Shown: piece after piece, positions 44,967 through 54,876 of the stretch | Numbering within the stretch: position 1 is the stretch's first letter | Layout of the letters: every line of letters starts with the position of its first letter | Assembly: GCA_016191875.1 (NCBI GenBank) | Contig: JACPVG010000004.1 | Coordinates: 1,832-65,831 of the forward strand | Length of the DNA: 64,000 nucleotides | Reading direction: 5' to 3' | Source of the DNA: Chloroflexota bacterium | GTDB lineage: Bacteria > Chloroflexota > Anaerolineae > Anaerolineales > UBA11579 | Notes under the pieces: model-generated | Database searches by the model: none | What the model saw: the letters and a program-made list of their open reading frames with translations, nothing else | What the model was told of the DNA's origin: nothing | Made by a program: the position numbers and the translations under genes

Positions 44967-46607
44967 ATGCCGAAACTAAGAATTGTTCCCCTGGGGGGGC
45001 TCGGGGAAATCGGTAAGAACATGATGGTCTACGAATATGGTGATGACATCATCATCGTTGACGCTGGCATCATGTTCCCCGAAAACGACATGCTGGGAAT
45101 CGATTACATCATCCCCGATTTCCAGTACCTGAAAGACAAGACCCACAAAGTGCGCGGCATCATCATCACGCACGGCCACGAAGACCACATCGGGGCCGTC
45201 CGCCACGTGCTGGAAGAGATCAACGCGCCAGTCTACGCCACGCCGCTCACGCTTGGTTTCATCGAGGGCAAACTGGCGCGCGACGGCAACCTGGATACCG
45301 CCCAGCTGGTCACCATCAATGCCGGCGACACGTTCCAGGTCGGGCCGTTCAAGATCGAGTTCGCCCACGTCTCTCACTCCATCCCGGACTGTGTGGCCCT
45401 GGGCATCGAAACGCCCGAGGGCCTCATCGTCCACACCGGCGACTACAAGTTCGACCACACGCCGGTGGATGGCTGGCCGACCGACTACGCCAAGCTGGCG
45501 GAATGGTCATCGCGCGGCGTGCTCGCCATGCTGGGCGATAGCACGAATGCCGACAAGAAGGGCTGGACGCCCTCTGAGCGCGTCATCGACGACGCCTTCG
45601 ATAAGGTCTTCCGCGACGCCCCCGGCCGCATCATCGTGGCCTCGTTCGCCTCGCTGGTCTCGCGCATGCAGCAAGCTGCCGAAGCCGCTAGGCGCTACGG
45701 GCGCAAAATGGCTTTCGCCGGCACCAGCATGCGCGAGAACGCCAAGATCGCCATCCGCCTCGGCTACCTGGATCTGGACGAAACGCTCATGATCCCCATC
45801 GAAGAAGCCCTGAAGCTGAAGCCCAACAAAGTGGTGTTGATGGCGACGGGCACCCAGGGCGAACCTTCGTCCATTGTCGGCCGCCTTTCGGTCGGCACCA
45901 ATCGCGCCTTCGACATCAAGGAGGGCGACACAGTGGTGCTCTCCTCCCATCCCATCCCCGGCAATGAGGAGATGGTCTCGCGCACCATCAACCGTCTGTT
46001 CCAGCGCGGCGCCAACGTAATCTACGACCCGATCGCGCCGGTGCACGTCTCCGGCCACGCCGCCCAGGAAGAGATGAAACTCATGCTGCACCTGGTCAAG
46101 CCCAAATACCTGATCCCGGTGCACGGCGAACTGCGCCACCTGCGTCAGCACGCCTGCCTGGCCGAGGAACTGGGCATCCCGCGCGCGAACATCGCCGTGG
46201 TGGAAAACGGGCGCGTCATCGAGTTCGAAAAGGGCAAAATGAAACTGGCCGAGCGCGTGCCGGGCGGTTACGTCTTCGTGGATGGCACCCGCGTCGGCGA
46301 GGTGAGTTCGGCGGTGGTGCGCGAGCGCGAGCAACTCTCGCGGGATGGCGTCGTGTTCGTCAACCTGGTGGTGAGCCACAAAGACCGCCGCCTAATGGAA
46401 GAACCGGAGATCATCACGCGCGGCTTCATCCACGCCGAAGACAGCGAATCGGCCGAAATGCTCAGCCGGGCGCGCCAGCACATCACCGACCGGGTGGCCT
46501 CCGCCAACGGCGACCTGCGCAGCGGATTGGAAACCAGCCTGGCTTCGTACCTGCACCAGCAGACCCGCCGCCGCCCGATGGTGTTCGTGGTGGTCAACGA
46601 GGTCTAG
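44967..46607 (+). CDS. rnj: Ribonuclease J
   Basis: LGGLGEIGKNM, ITHGHEDHIGA, beta-CASP region, HVSGHA. Confidence 0.9.
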   Translation: MPKLRIVPLGGLGEIGKNMMVYEYGDDIIIVDAGIMFPENDMLGIDYIIPDFQYLKDKTHKVRGIIITHGHEDHIGAVRHVLEEINAPVYATPLTLGFIEGKLARDGNLDTAQLVTINAGDTFQVGPFKIEFAHVSHSIPDCVALGIETPEGLIVHTGDYKFDHTPVDGWPTDYAKLAEWSSRGVLAMLGDSTNADKKGWTPSERVIDDAFDKVFRDAPGRIIVASFASLVSRMQQAAEAARRYGRKMAFAGTSMRENAKIAIRLGYLDLDETLMIPIEEALKLKPNKVVLMATGTQGEPSSIVGRLSVGTNRAFDIKEGDTVVLSSHPIPGNEEMVSRTINRLFQRGANVIYDPIAPVHVSGHAAQEEMKLMLHLVKPKYLIPVHGELRHLRQHACLAEELGIPRANIAVVENGRVIEFEKGKMKLAERVPGGYVFVDGTRVGEVSSAVVREREQLSRDGVVFVNLVVSHKDRRLMEEPEIITRGFIHAEDSESAEMLSRARQHITDRVASANGDLRSGLETSLASYLHQQTRRRPMVFVVVNEV

Positions 46608-46630
46608 GATCTCCTCCCAAGCACGCGAAG

Positions 46631-46655
46631 GGCCGGCAGACATTGCCGGCCTTTT
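46631..46655 (+). terminator. Intrinsic terminator after rnj
   Basis: GGCCGGC-AGACATT-GCCGGCC followed by TTTT. Confidence 0.6.
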
Positions 46656-46722
46656 ACGATTCACCGGGTCCATTGACCGAAATCCGGTTTACCGTTATTA
46701 AGTACCCAGAAGGAGAACCATC

Positions 46723-47145
46723 ATGGCCGAACTGAAAACCAAACGAAACGATGCCAGCGTTGAGGAGTTCCTCAACCGCGTGAAGGATGAACGCAAGCAC
46801 GCCGATTGTTTTGAAATCCTGCGCCTGATGGAAGAAGCCACTGGCGCGCCGGCCGAGATGTGGGGCGCCAGCATCGTCGGTTTCGGCAAGTATCACTACA
46901 AGTACGCCAGCGGCCGTGAAGGCGATTGGATGCTCACCGGGTTCTCGCCGCGCGCCCAGAACATCACCCTCTACATCCTGGCCGGTTTCGACGGCTACGG
47001 CGACCTGTTGAAACAGTTGGGCAAGCACAGCACCGGCAAGTCGTGCCTGTATATCAAGAAACTCGCCGATGTGGACACGAAGGTGCTCAAGAAACTGGTG
47101 AAGCAGTCCGTGGCGCATATGAAGAAGACCAACCCGACCCCGTAA
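46723..47145 (+). CDS. DUF1801 (YdhG-like) domain protein
   Basis: SVEEFLNRV...MWGASIVGFGKYHYKYASGREGDW pattern. GAAGGAG RBS. Confidence 0.75.
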   Translation: MAELKTKRNDASVEEFLNRVKDERKHADCFEILRLMEEATGAPAEMWGASIVGFGKYHYKYASGREGDWMLTGFSPRAQNITLYILAGFDGYGDLLKQLGKHSTGKSCLYIKKLADVDTKVLKKLVKQSVAHMKKTNPTP

Positions 47146-47158
47146 ATACCGGATAACG

Positions 47159-47191
47159 AAGACCCCGACTTCTTGCAGAAATCGGGGTCTT
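47159..47191 (+). terminator. Hairpin terminator candidate between convergent genes
   Basis: 10-bp stem AAGACCCCGA/TCGGGGTCTT followed by GTTTC. Confidence 0.45.
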
Positions 47192-47211
47192 GTTTCAAAC
47201 GGGATTTATGC

Positions 47212-47982
47212 CTACGGCGTTGGCGTGGCGCTCGGCCCGGAAGGCACAGGCGTTATCGTGCTGCCCGAAACCGGAGAAGGCGTGGCCGATTGGAGCGGCA
47301 CAGGGGTCGGCGTGACCAGGCGGATGGGCACGCGCAGCTGTTGTCCAACAAAGATGGCGTTGGGGTCATCCAGGTCATTCTCGCGGATGATGGCATCCTC
47401 GGTGCTCAGGAACTTCTCCGCAATGCTGCGCACCGTGTCGCCGGGAAGTACCAGATACAGGATGACCGTCCCGGCGGGCAGGTTGGCCGGAATAGGCGTG
47501 GGCGAGGGCAGGCCGGTGTTGGGGTCAGGGATGATCAACTGCTGGCCGACGAACAGGACGCTGTCATTGTTCAGGTTATTCAACACCATGATGATCAGCA
47601 CATCCTGGACGGCGAACTTCTCGGTGATGCCGTAGAGCGTGTCGCCGGCTTCAACGATATAGATGAACGGCGCCGCGGCGGTGGGCGTATCTACCGGCAC
47701 GGTGGCGCTCGGCTCAACGGTATCGGTCGGTGAGCCGGTGGGTTCCGGCGTGTTGGTGGCCGTGCCGGTGCTGGTTGGGGTGGGCGTGTCCGTGCTCAGG
47801 AACGGAAGTGAGAAGTGTGCATCCTGAAGCCACAGGTAGACCAGCAGCAATCCAACGGCCACCAACAGAACGGCCAGTCCGCCGGTCAGCAGCATGCTCA
47901 TCCGCTGGCGGCGAGCCATGGCCTCTCTGGCTTTCTGATAGGAAGAGGGTTCCATAGTCATATTTGGGCACTCATCTGTCAT
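47212..47982 (-). CDS. Membrane-anchored protein with two LysM domains
   Basis: Single TM helix followed by a Thr/Pro-rich linker. Two LysM repeats (YIVEAGDTLYGITEKF..., YLVLPGDTVRSIAEKF...). Start is uncertain (47982/47961/47955). Confidence 0.7.
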   Translation of the reverse strand: MTDECPNMTMEPSSYQKAREAMARRQRMSMLLTGGLAVLLVAVGLLLVYLWLQDAHFSLPFLSTDTPTPTSTGTATNTPEPTGSPTDTVEPSATVPVDTPTAAAPFIYIVEAGDTLYGITEKFAVQDVLIIMVLNNLNNDSVLFVGQQLIIPDPNTGLPSPTPIPANLPAGTVILYLVLPGDTVRSIAEKFLSTEDAIIRENDLDDPNAIFVGQQLRVPIRLVTPTPVPLQSATPSPVSGSTITPVPSGPSATPTP

Positions 47983-48126
47983 TCCCCCGTTTATTTACCG
48001 GTAAGGGGGCACTCCGATTCTACCTGATTTTGATGCTCTCAGAAAATACCAGAGTTTCAGCATCCTTTCCTCCCTCGAAAGTATGGAATATCTGTTCCGG
48101 TTGGCGATGCAGACGACCGAGATCCT

Positions 48127-49038
48127 TTATCCGCTCTCAAACTGGGCGTAGAGTTCTTCCAGGCGCTGGCTGCTCAGAAAGCCCTCCGAGGCGGAGCGCG
48201 CCCCTACCTTGTAACCCGCGAACACCAGGCTGCGCTTGAGCGCCGCGTGGGGGTCCTGGCTTGCAAAATAGTAATGCACGAAAGCCGAGAACAGCGCGTC
48301 TCCGCCCCCGATGGAGTTGACCACCGGCCGCACATCCACCGCCGGATAGGTGTAGGATTGCTCGTCGTCCCGCAGGCGCATCAGGGCGCCCTGTTTGCCC
48401 AACCCGACAACCAGCACGCGCGGTTTGTAGCGCTTCATCACCTCTGCGGTGAACTCCCTTGGCGGCGCCGGCAGCAATTCGTGCGACATGAAGAGGATAT
48501 CGGCGGCCGCCATGAAATCGCGGTCGTACTCGTTTTCCAAGTCGGAAATCGTGTGCACGTCGGTGGCGATGGGTTTGCCGGCCTTCGCCGCGGCCGAAAG
48601 CATGGGCCGCGAGAAGTTGATGTTGCACAGGACCGCCAGGTCGGCGCTGGGGATGGTGCGCTCGAAGATATCCATCGGATAGCGCTGTTCCTGCATGTCC
48701 TTCAGGTCCACCAGGATCTTGCGGCGGCCTTCCTTGTCGAAGAAGATCACCGAGCGGGCGGTCTGGGCGGCGACCTCCAGCACATATTCATCGCTGAGAT
48801 AATTGGCGGCAAACTCTGCTCGAACTGAAGCCACAGCCAGATCGCGGCCGATGACGGAGAGGAAAGACACCCGGTCACCCAGGCGGGTGAGCGCCTTGCT
48901 CACGTTGTAGCCCACGCCGGAGACGGTGGCATCCACGCCAAAAAAGTTGTACTCCACCGGCGAGTAGGGGATGGGGAACTCTTCCACCCCCACGGTGGTC
49001 TCGATGTTAATCAATCCGGATACCAGTATGTTGACCAT
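48127..49038 (-). CDS. PfkB-family carbohydrate/nucleoside kinase
   Basis: C-terminal NSIGGGDALFSAF motif and ribokinase-like sequence. The track ORF is extended upstream; the ATG at 49038 fits. Confidence 0.75.
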   Translation of the reverse strand: MVNILVSGLINIETTVGVEEFPIPYSPVEYNFFGVDATVSGVGYNVSKALTRLGDRVSFLSVIGRDLAVASVRAEFAANYLSDEYVLEVAAQTARSVIFFDKEGRRKILVDLKDMQEQRYPMDIFERTIPSADLAVLCNINFSRPMLSAAAKAGKPIATDVHTISDLENEYDRDFMAAADILFMSHELLPAPPREFTAEVMKRYKPRVLVVGLGKQGALMRLRDDEQSYTYPAVDVRPVVNSIGGGDALFSAFVHYYFASQDPHAALKRSLVFAGYKVGARSASEGFLSSQRLEELYAQFESG

Positions 49039-49131
49039 GAACAGCACGCTCCAATGACGGTACAATCGGCGGCATCCAGGCCGAAGGCCTGCCGCCCGAT
49101 TCAACACCTCGATTATACAAAGGACACGCCC

Positions 49132-49932
49132 GTGCCCGCACACCCGCTCTCCCGCCAGGCCCTGCTGGATGCGCTGCTGACAGCCCTCGCGCCCCTCCCC
49201 TACGTGCATGCCGCCTGGCAGGGCGGCGCGGCTGCCTTTGGCCGCGCCGACGAGTACTCCGATATTGATCTGCACGTCATCGCTGGCGACGAGCGCGTCG
49301 AAGACGTCTTTGAAGCCGCCGAAGCCGCGCTGACCGGGCTTTCACCCATCCGGCACAAATACCGCCTGCCGGAACCAGCCTGGCACGGCATGTCACAGAC
49401 CTTTTACATCCTAGAAGCGGCCGGGCCGTACCGGATGGTGGACCTGGTAGTGGGCAAGTTCAACAGCGCCGGCCCGCGCTTCTGGGAGCCAGAGGTACAC
49501 GGCCATGCTATCGTCCACATCAACAAAGACAACACCTTCAAACCCCAGCTGCTGGATGCCGCCGCGCACCTCGAGACGTTGAAGGGAAAGGTCGAAGGGC
49601 TGCGAGCTTCCTTCCTCATCTTCCAGCCGCTGGTGGAAAAGGAAATCCTGCGCCGCCAGCCGATGGACGCCCTGCACTTTTACCTCGGGCGGACGCTGCG
49701 ACCCCTGATACAACTCCTGCGCACCCTCTATGCGCCCTGGCATTACGACTGGGGCGGCCGCTACCTCTACCGCGAACTGCCGCCGGAGCACGCCGCCCGG
49801 CTGGAGACGTTGAGCTTTGTGTGCGACGTGGACGACCTGCACACCAAACACGAGGAGTCGGTGGCCTGGTTCAACGAACTGGCGGAAAGCCTGGATTGGG
49901 GAGAAGTGGCGGCGCGGCTGGAGAAGAAATAA
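49132..49932 (+). CDS. Nucleotidyltransferase-domain protein
   Basis: GGAAAFGRADEYSDIDLHV (GS/G...DxD NTase motif). Start is uncertain. GTG at 49132 is preferred over ATG at 49054, which sits 15 nt from the divergent gene and upstream of a TACAAT box at 49061. Confidence 0.55.
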   Translation: MPAHPLSRQALLDALLTALAPLPYVHAAWQGGAAAFGRADEYSDIDLHVIAGDERVEDVFEAAEAALTGLSPIRHKYRLPEPAWHGMSQTFYILEAAGPYRMVDLVVGKFNSAGPRFWEPEVHGHAIVHINKDNTFKPQLLDAAAHLETLKGKVEGLRASFLIFQPLVEKEILRRQPMDALHFYLGRTLRPLIQLLRTLYAPWHYDWGGRYLYRELPPEHAARLETLSFVCDVDDLHTKHEESVAWFNELAESLDWGEVAARLEKK

Positions 49933-50188
49933 ATGCACCTTCTGACCTGAGGGGGGCAGGCCAGAAGATGCGCTTATAGTATAACCGGAATCTTGCCGAA
50001 TCGAAAGAAACGCAACCACCAGTGATCCCCTCGACTGGTGGCTGCCGGGAATGAGCGTAAGTAGGTACGTTGTTGTTTATAGCCAATCCGGCGGCGCACG
50101 TGAATAGACAATCGTCTTGTATTATCTATGCGCATTTTTCTTTGCGCCGCTTTGGTGTATCCTCTTCCTAAGCCCCCTCGGAGGTGCC

Positions 50189-50887
50189 ATGAACGCCGCC
50201 ATCACCGTCGCTATCCTGGATGATCATCAGATCGCCGTGGATGGCAGCCTGTTCCGCCTCAGCCATTCCCCTAACATCCGCGTCGTCAAGACCGCCGCGT
50301 TCTGGAGCGAGATGGATGCCTTCCTTCAGGAAGAGGATGTGGATGTGCTCATCCTGGATGTGGGCGTGCCGTCCTCGGCGGAAGACCCCACCTACTATCC
50401 GATTCGAAACGTGGTGACCGACCTGCTGGCGGCCAAACCGGAGATGGCGATTCTGGTCATCTCGATGTATGCTCAGCGGCCGCTCATCCAGGCCGTGATG
50501 CAGGCCGGGGCCAGCGGCTACCTGCTCAAGGACGACGTGGACGCCATCCTGAACCTGGCCAGCATCGTCGAGACCATCGCCGGGAAAGACGTCTATTACT
50601 CGCCCAAGACGCTGGAAGTCCTGCGCAAGAAACAGGGCGATGACGTGAAATTGACCAACAGTGAGCAGGAGGTCTTGTTCAGTCTGGCTTCGCACCCCAA
50701 CCTGACGACGAGCCAACTCGCCAAACTGCGCAACATCGCGCCTTCCACGTTCCGCAACCACCTTTCAGCCGCCTATGTGAAACTGAACGTGAACAACCGC
50801 GTGGCGGCCATCGAGCGCGCCCGCCAGCTGGGGCTGCTGCCCAAAGACATGCCTCCGCCGAAGGTGGACGAGGGCGAAGACGAGTAA
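50189..50887 (+). CDS. NarL/LuxR-family response regulator
   Basis: Receiver domain (VAILDDH, LILDVGVP) plus a C-terminal LuxR HTH (LTNSEQEVL...). GGAGG RBS. Confidence 0.85.
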   Translation: MNAAITVAILDDHQIAVDGSLFRLSHSPNIRVVKTAAFWSEMDAFLQEEDVDVLILDVGVPSSAEDPTYYPIRNVVTDLLAAKPEMAILVISMYAQRPLIQAVMQAGASGYLLKDDVDAILNLASIVETIAGKDVYYSPKTLEVLRKKQGDDVKLTNSEQEVLFSLASHPNLTTSQLAKLRNIAPSTFRNHLSAAYVKLNVNNRVAAIERARQLGLLPKDMPPPKVDEGEDE

Positions 50888-50897
50888 GGCCAGCGAC

Positions 50898-51869
50898 TTA
50901 TCCAGCGCCGCCCGCTGCCAGCACTGCGGCCACCTCGGCCTCCGGCGCGCCGGTCAGTTGCAGCAGGGTCTGCACCGGGCGGGCGGTGTTATCCAGCATC
51001 TCGGCCAGCCTCTCCGGGCGCGCCAGCGGGATGTCTGTCAGAAGCGCGCGCGCGGCTTCGTAACGCTTCCAGATTTCGCTCAGGCAATAACTCACCGCGC
51101 CGCACTCCAGCAGGATGCGCTGGGCTTCCTCCAACGCGGCGGGGTCGTGCGGCCGCTTGCGCAGCACCTCGAAGCGCGCCTGCTGCGGGTGGCGAACCTG
51201 GCTGGCGAACAGAATCGGCAGCGGCAGGCGGCCCAGCAGCCAATCCGGCTCGACGGGCGAGGCCAGGCAGTCTTTCAGGTCGTCGTGAATCTGGATGATG
51301 ACCCCGTACTGGCCCCACAGGCGGCGCAGGGCCTCGGCGGTCCCCGCCGACGCGCCACCCAGACGCGCCCCGAGGTAAAAGGTTTCTCCGTAAAACGTGG
51401 CGCTCTTGCGCGCCACCATCTGCCAGTAGGCCGCCTCGTCGGAGGGATTCTGAGCATCCAGGAACTGCCCATGCGCCGTGCCGCCCAGCAACCGGGCGTA
51501 ACTGGCCTGGAGGTCGCGCGTCGTTTCTGCGTCTTCGCCGCCCTCTGCCAGCATCTGGCCGCCCAGGGCCTGGAAGGCCGAGGCCAGGTTGGCGGCCGAG
51601 CCTGCGCCGACCTCGTGGTGCAGGCCGTGGGGGTCTTCGTCCAGCAGGTCGTCGATGAGCGTGATGGCGATCTGGGCGCAGGCCGCCGCGCCCACGGCGG
51701 ACAGCACGCCTTCCAGGTCTGCGCCAACCGCCTGAGCAGCCTGGAGTGGCAGTTTCCACACCTGCGGCCCGCCGGCCGCCACCCGGCGCAACGTGACCGC
51801 CAGTTCCGGCCATTCCCGGATGGCGTCTTGGGCCTCAAAGTAGGTCACTACGTAGTCATGGAATTCCAT
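50898..51869 (-). CDS. Polyprenyl (isoprenyl) diphosphate synthase family protein
   Basis: Two Asp-rich motifs (IDDLLDED and IHDDLKD). AAGGAG RBS. Confidence 0.8.
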   Translation of the reverse strand: MEFHDYVVTYFEAQDAIREWPELAVTLRRVAAGGPQVWKLPLQAAQAVGADLEGVLSAVGAAACAQIAITLIDDLLDEDPHGLHHEVGAGSAANLASAFQALGGQMLAEGGEDAETTRDLQASYARLLGGTAHGQFLDAQNPSDEAAYWQMVARKSATFYGETFYLGARLGGASAGTAEALRRLWGQYGVIIQIHDDLKDCLASPVEPDWLLGRLPLPILFASQVRHPQQARFEVLRKRPHDPAALEEAQRILLECGAVSYCLSEIWKRYEAARALLTDIPLARPERLAEMLDNTARPVQTLLQLTGAPEAEVAAVLAAGGAG

Positions 51870-51923
51870 GTCCGGCTCCTTAATCACGAACCGGCCGGCA
51901 GATGCCGGCCGGTCCTGGTGGTC

Positions 51924-52076
51924 TCAGTCCTGCTTTTCGACCCACCAGGATTGCCAGTCGGCCAGGTCGCCCTCCAGGGCGCGGGCCTGCTCCAGCGAGA
52001 GTCCGGCAGCCTGAAGCGGCCAGGCAGGGGCCTCTTCATCCGGGTTGGCGATCAGAGTGTCGTAGAAGGTCTGCAT
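51924..52076 (-). CDS. Unlisted 50-aa ORF (MQTFYDTLIANPDEEAPAWPLQAAGLSLEQARALEGDLADWQSWWVEKQD) directly upstream of the polyprenyl synthase gene
   Basis: ATG is preceded by AAAGGAAACGAC. It is below the track length cutoff. Codon usage is GC3-rich like its neighbours. Confidence 0.3.
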   Translation of the reverse strand: MQTFYDTLIANPDEEAPAWPLQAAGLSLEQARALEGDLADWQSWWVEKQD

Positions 52077-52177
52077 GTCGTTTCCTTTCTAGTTCGTACG
52101 GGTTGGTAAAATATGATGGAGACACTTTCTGGTACTATCAGACAGGCAATCACCTCCTTTCAACGAGTAGGTGCACT

Positions 52178-54433
52178 ATGAACGTTCGCAGGCTGGCCGG
52201 GCTCCGGCCATTCGAACACTTGGCCTTGTGGGGCACGTTGGCCATGCTGGTCTTCTACAGTTACGGCTTTCTGTTCTACACCCCTTACGCCGGCTTCAAC
52301 TTCGAAAACGCCGACGGCACGGTCACCCGGCTGTATCTCTCCGGCGGCCAATTAGGCGACCTACAGGTAGGCGACCGCCTGATTCAGGTGGGAGACGTGG
52401 ATATGGCCGAGTTCACCCGCGACATCACCCTGCCGATCTTCGTCGGCGCACAGGCGGGCGACGAAATAGACGTGCTGGTGGAACGCAACGGGCAGACCAT
52501 GGATATCGCCTACATTTATCCGGGCCGAACGCGGGTCGAGTTCCTGGAACGCCTTCCCAGCCAGTGGTGGCTGGCGTTCGCCTTCTGGCTGTGGGGGGCG
52601 CTCACGATGGTGTGGGTGCGCCCGCACGACGCCCGCTGGCGGCTGATGCTGGCCTTCAACTTCGTAATGGCTCTGTTCTGGGCCGCCGGCAATGGCTCCG
52701 GCCACTGGCATTATGGGTATTCGGCATACCTCGTGCGCGGCCTGATCTGGCTGGTGCCGCTGGTCTACCTGCACCTCAATTGGGAATTCCCGACCCCGCT
52801 ATATAAGTTGCCCAAAACGTTATGGACAGGCTTGTATGGGCTGGTCGCGCTGTTCATGCTGGCCCAGATTCTAGATTGGCTGCCCTTCACCGCCGCCTTG
52901 CTGGCGCTGCTTGCCGGGCTGGCAGGCAGCGTAGCCTTTGTCTTCCTGCATATTCGCCGCCACACCGGCTCGGCCCGGACAAGCGCCCGGCTGCTGGGCT
53001 ATGTTTCGTTCCTGGCGGTCCTGCCGGCGGTGCTGGCCGGCGTGGGCGTGGCGATGGACGCTTTGCCCAGCAACGCCTTCGCCGGCGGTCTGCTGGCCCT
53101 GCCGCTGCTGCCGGGGGTGTACTTCTACGCGCTGGCGCGCTCGCGCCTGGGCGGCCTGGAACTGCGCGCCACCCAGGTGGTGGTCTCCATCACCTATCTC
53201 ACCCTCACGCTGGCGGGCGCGGTGCTGCTGGCGCTGGCCGCCGCGCTGCTCGGCCTGGGCAGCCCCGGCCTGGCGGCCATCTTCTTCGCGTTCTTCGGCG
53301 CGCTGGCGGCGCTGGCGCTCTACCCGCGCTACGAACGCTGGTTCCAGGCCCGCTACCTGGGCATGCCCCTGCCCCCGGAAGGGCTGGAACGCCAGTACGC
53401 CGCCCAGATCACCACCAGCCTGGATATCCCCGCCCTGCTCGATACCCTGTGCGGGAAAGTGCTGCCCTCTCTGCTCATCCGCCAATCCGCCCTGCTGCGG
53501 CGCACCCCGGAAGGCCACTGGCGGCCTATCTACAACGAAGGCGTCCCGCCGGAGGATCTAGCACTCACCGACCCGGACGCCCACCTGTCGCCGTTGGGCG
53601 CGTTCCGCCCGAAGGACCCGGATACGCCCGACGCCCCGCTCGGCTGGGTGCGGCTGGCCCTGCCCCTGCGGATCGGCGGCGAACTGACCGGCCTGTGGCT
53701 GCTGGGCCGCCGCGATCCGGACGACCACTACCACCCCCTGGAACTGGATTTCTTCCAGCATCTGGCCGACCAGACCGCCCTCGCCCTGGTTAACATCGAT
53801 CAGTCCGCCCAACTGCGGGCTTTGTACCAGGCCAACGTGGACAACCACGAGCGTGAACGCGAACGGCTGGCCCACGACCTGCACGACGACATCCTCAACC
53901 GACTGGCGCTCCTGCTGCCAGAAGCGCATGACCCCGGACTGGTGGAGGAATTGCAGGGCCTCATCGCCAGCCTGCGCCAGACCGTCACCGGCCTGCGCCC
54001 GGCTATGCTCACTTACGGCCTCCAGACCGCCCTGGATGAATTGACCGACATCCTTGAGGACCGCCCCGGCCTGGCCACGCGCATCGAATTCGACATCCCA
54101 CCAACTTCTGCGCGTTTTGACCCGGCTGTGGAACTGCATTTCTTCCGCATCGTCCAGCAGGCCTGTGAAAACGCCCTGCGGCATGCCCAGGCGAACACCC
54201 TGGGCATCCGCGGCCGAATCGAGGCTGAGCAGGTGGAACTGTACGTGGAGGATGATGGGCGCGGCTTCGTGCCGGAGAAGAGCCTCAACCTGGTGGAGTT
54301 GCTGCAGGGCGGCCACTTTGGCCTGGCCGGGATGCTGGAACGCGCCGGGCTGGTAGGCGCCGACCTGCAGATCCATTCGGCCCCCGGCGCAGGCACGCGC
54401 ATTTCAATCCTGTGGGAGCCGAAACCGTCATAG
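52178..54433 (+). CDS. Polytopic sensor histidine kinase (HisKA_3/NarX-type) with PDZ-like and GAF-like regions
   Basis: ERERLAHDLHDDILNRL H-box and a C-terminal HATPase (GRGF...GLAGMLERA). N-terminal multi-TM region. The start was moved from the track's 51902 to the ATG at 52178. Confidence 0.8.
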   Translation: MNVRRLAGLRPFEHLALWGTLAMLVFYSYGFLFYTPYAGFNFENADGTVTRLYLSGGQLGDLQVGDRLIQVGDVDMAEFTRDITLPIFVGAQAGDEIDVLVERNGQTMDIAYIYPGRTRVEFLERLPSQWWLAFAFWLWGALTMVWVRPHDARWRLMLAFNFVMALFWAAGNGSGHWHYGYSAYLVRGLIWLVPLVYLHLNWEFPTPLYKLPKTLWTGLYGLVALFMLAQILDWLPFTAALLALLAGLAGSVAFVFLHIRRHTGSARTSARLLGYVSFLAVLPAVLAGVGVAMDALPSNAFAGGLLALPLLPGVYFYALARSRLGGLELRATQVVVSITYLTLTLAGAVLLALAAALLGLGSPGLAAIFFAFFGALAALALYPRYERWFQARYLGMPLPPEGLERQYAAQITTSLDIPALLDTLCGKVLPSLLIRQSALLRRTPEGHWRPIYNEGVPPEDLALTDPDAHLSPLGAFRPKDPDTPDAPLGWVRLALPLRIGGELTGLWLLGRRDPDDHYHPLELDFFQHLADQTALALVNIDQSAQLRALYQANVDNHERERERLAHDLHDDILNRLALLLPEAHDPGLVEELQGLIASLRQTVTGLRPAMLTYGLQTALDELTDILEDRPGLATRIEFDIPPTSARFDPAVELHFFRIVQQACENALRHAQANTLGIRGRIEAEQVELYVEDDGRGFVPEKSLNLVELLQGGHFGLAGMLERAGLVGADLQIHSAPGAGTRISILWEPKPS

Positions 54434-54694
54434 TCTCCGCTGGCGTTGTGCTGCCGCCGCACGATATTCACAACTATTCAATTGTTAATGTACAGATACA
54501 CATGCCTCCAACGTACAACGCGACGGAGGCGCCAACGTGGCGTCTCCGTGCGATTCTGTGCGCGGCGCGGGCGGCAGTCCGCCGGCCGGGCGACCTAAAC
54601 GTTTTGAAAGCTTTCTGCATTGTTAGGTCGCAGCCGGGCGCGGCCCACTATAATTTGGTCAGTTGAATGGCCTTTTTTGATTGGAGAAACAACC

Positions 54695-54847
54695 ATGGCA
54701 TATCATTTACTGAACCTGGAATCCAAGCCGATTAAAGCGGTTCAGGAACCGCATACAAAACCGGCCGCCAAAGAAGGCGTCAGTTCGCAGTTAATTGCCA
54801 AGATCCTGGCCGGGCAGACAGAAACGCAGCCGGGACGAACGAGCTGA
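54695..54847 (+). CDS. Small hypothetical ORF (50 aa) with a good RBS
   Basis: GGAG lies 8 nt before the ATG. The region is AT-richer than its surroundings. No recognisable motif. Confidence 0.3.
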   Translation: MAYHLLNLESKPIKAVQEPHTKPAAKEGVSSQLIAKILAGQTETQPGRTS

Positions 54848-54876
54848 CCAGCCAACCCGGACACGTTAGACACTAC

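Noticed and set aside
51902-52177. The 92-codon N-terminal extension of the sensor kinase given in the ORF track.
   Set aside because: - The extension is Arg/Pro-rich low complexity.
- It overlaps the better-supported minus-strand 50-aa ORF and its RBS.
- The hydrophobic sensor region begins right after the ATG at 52178.
54620-54654. TTGTTA ... TATAAT as a promoter for the small ORF at 54695.
   Set aside because: The spacer between the candidate -35 and -10 is 23 nt, too long for a sigma-70-type promoter. Only the -10 box is convincing.
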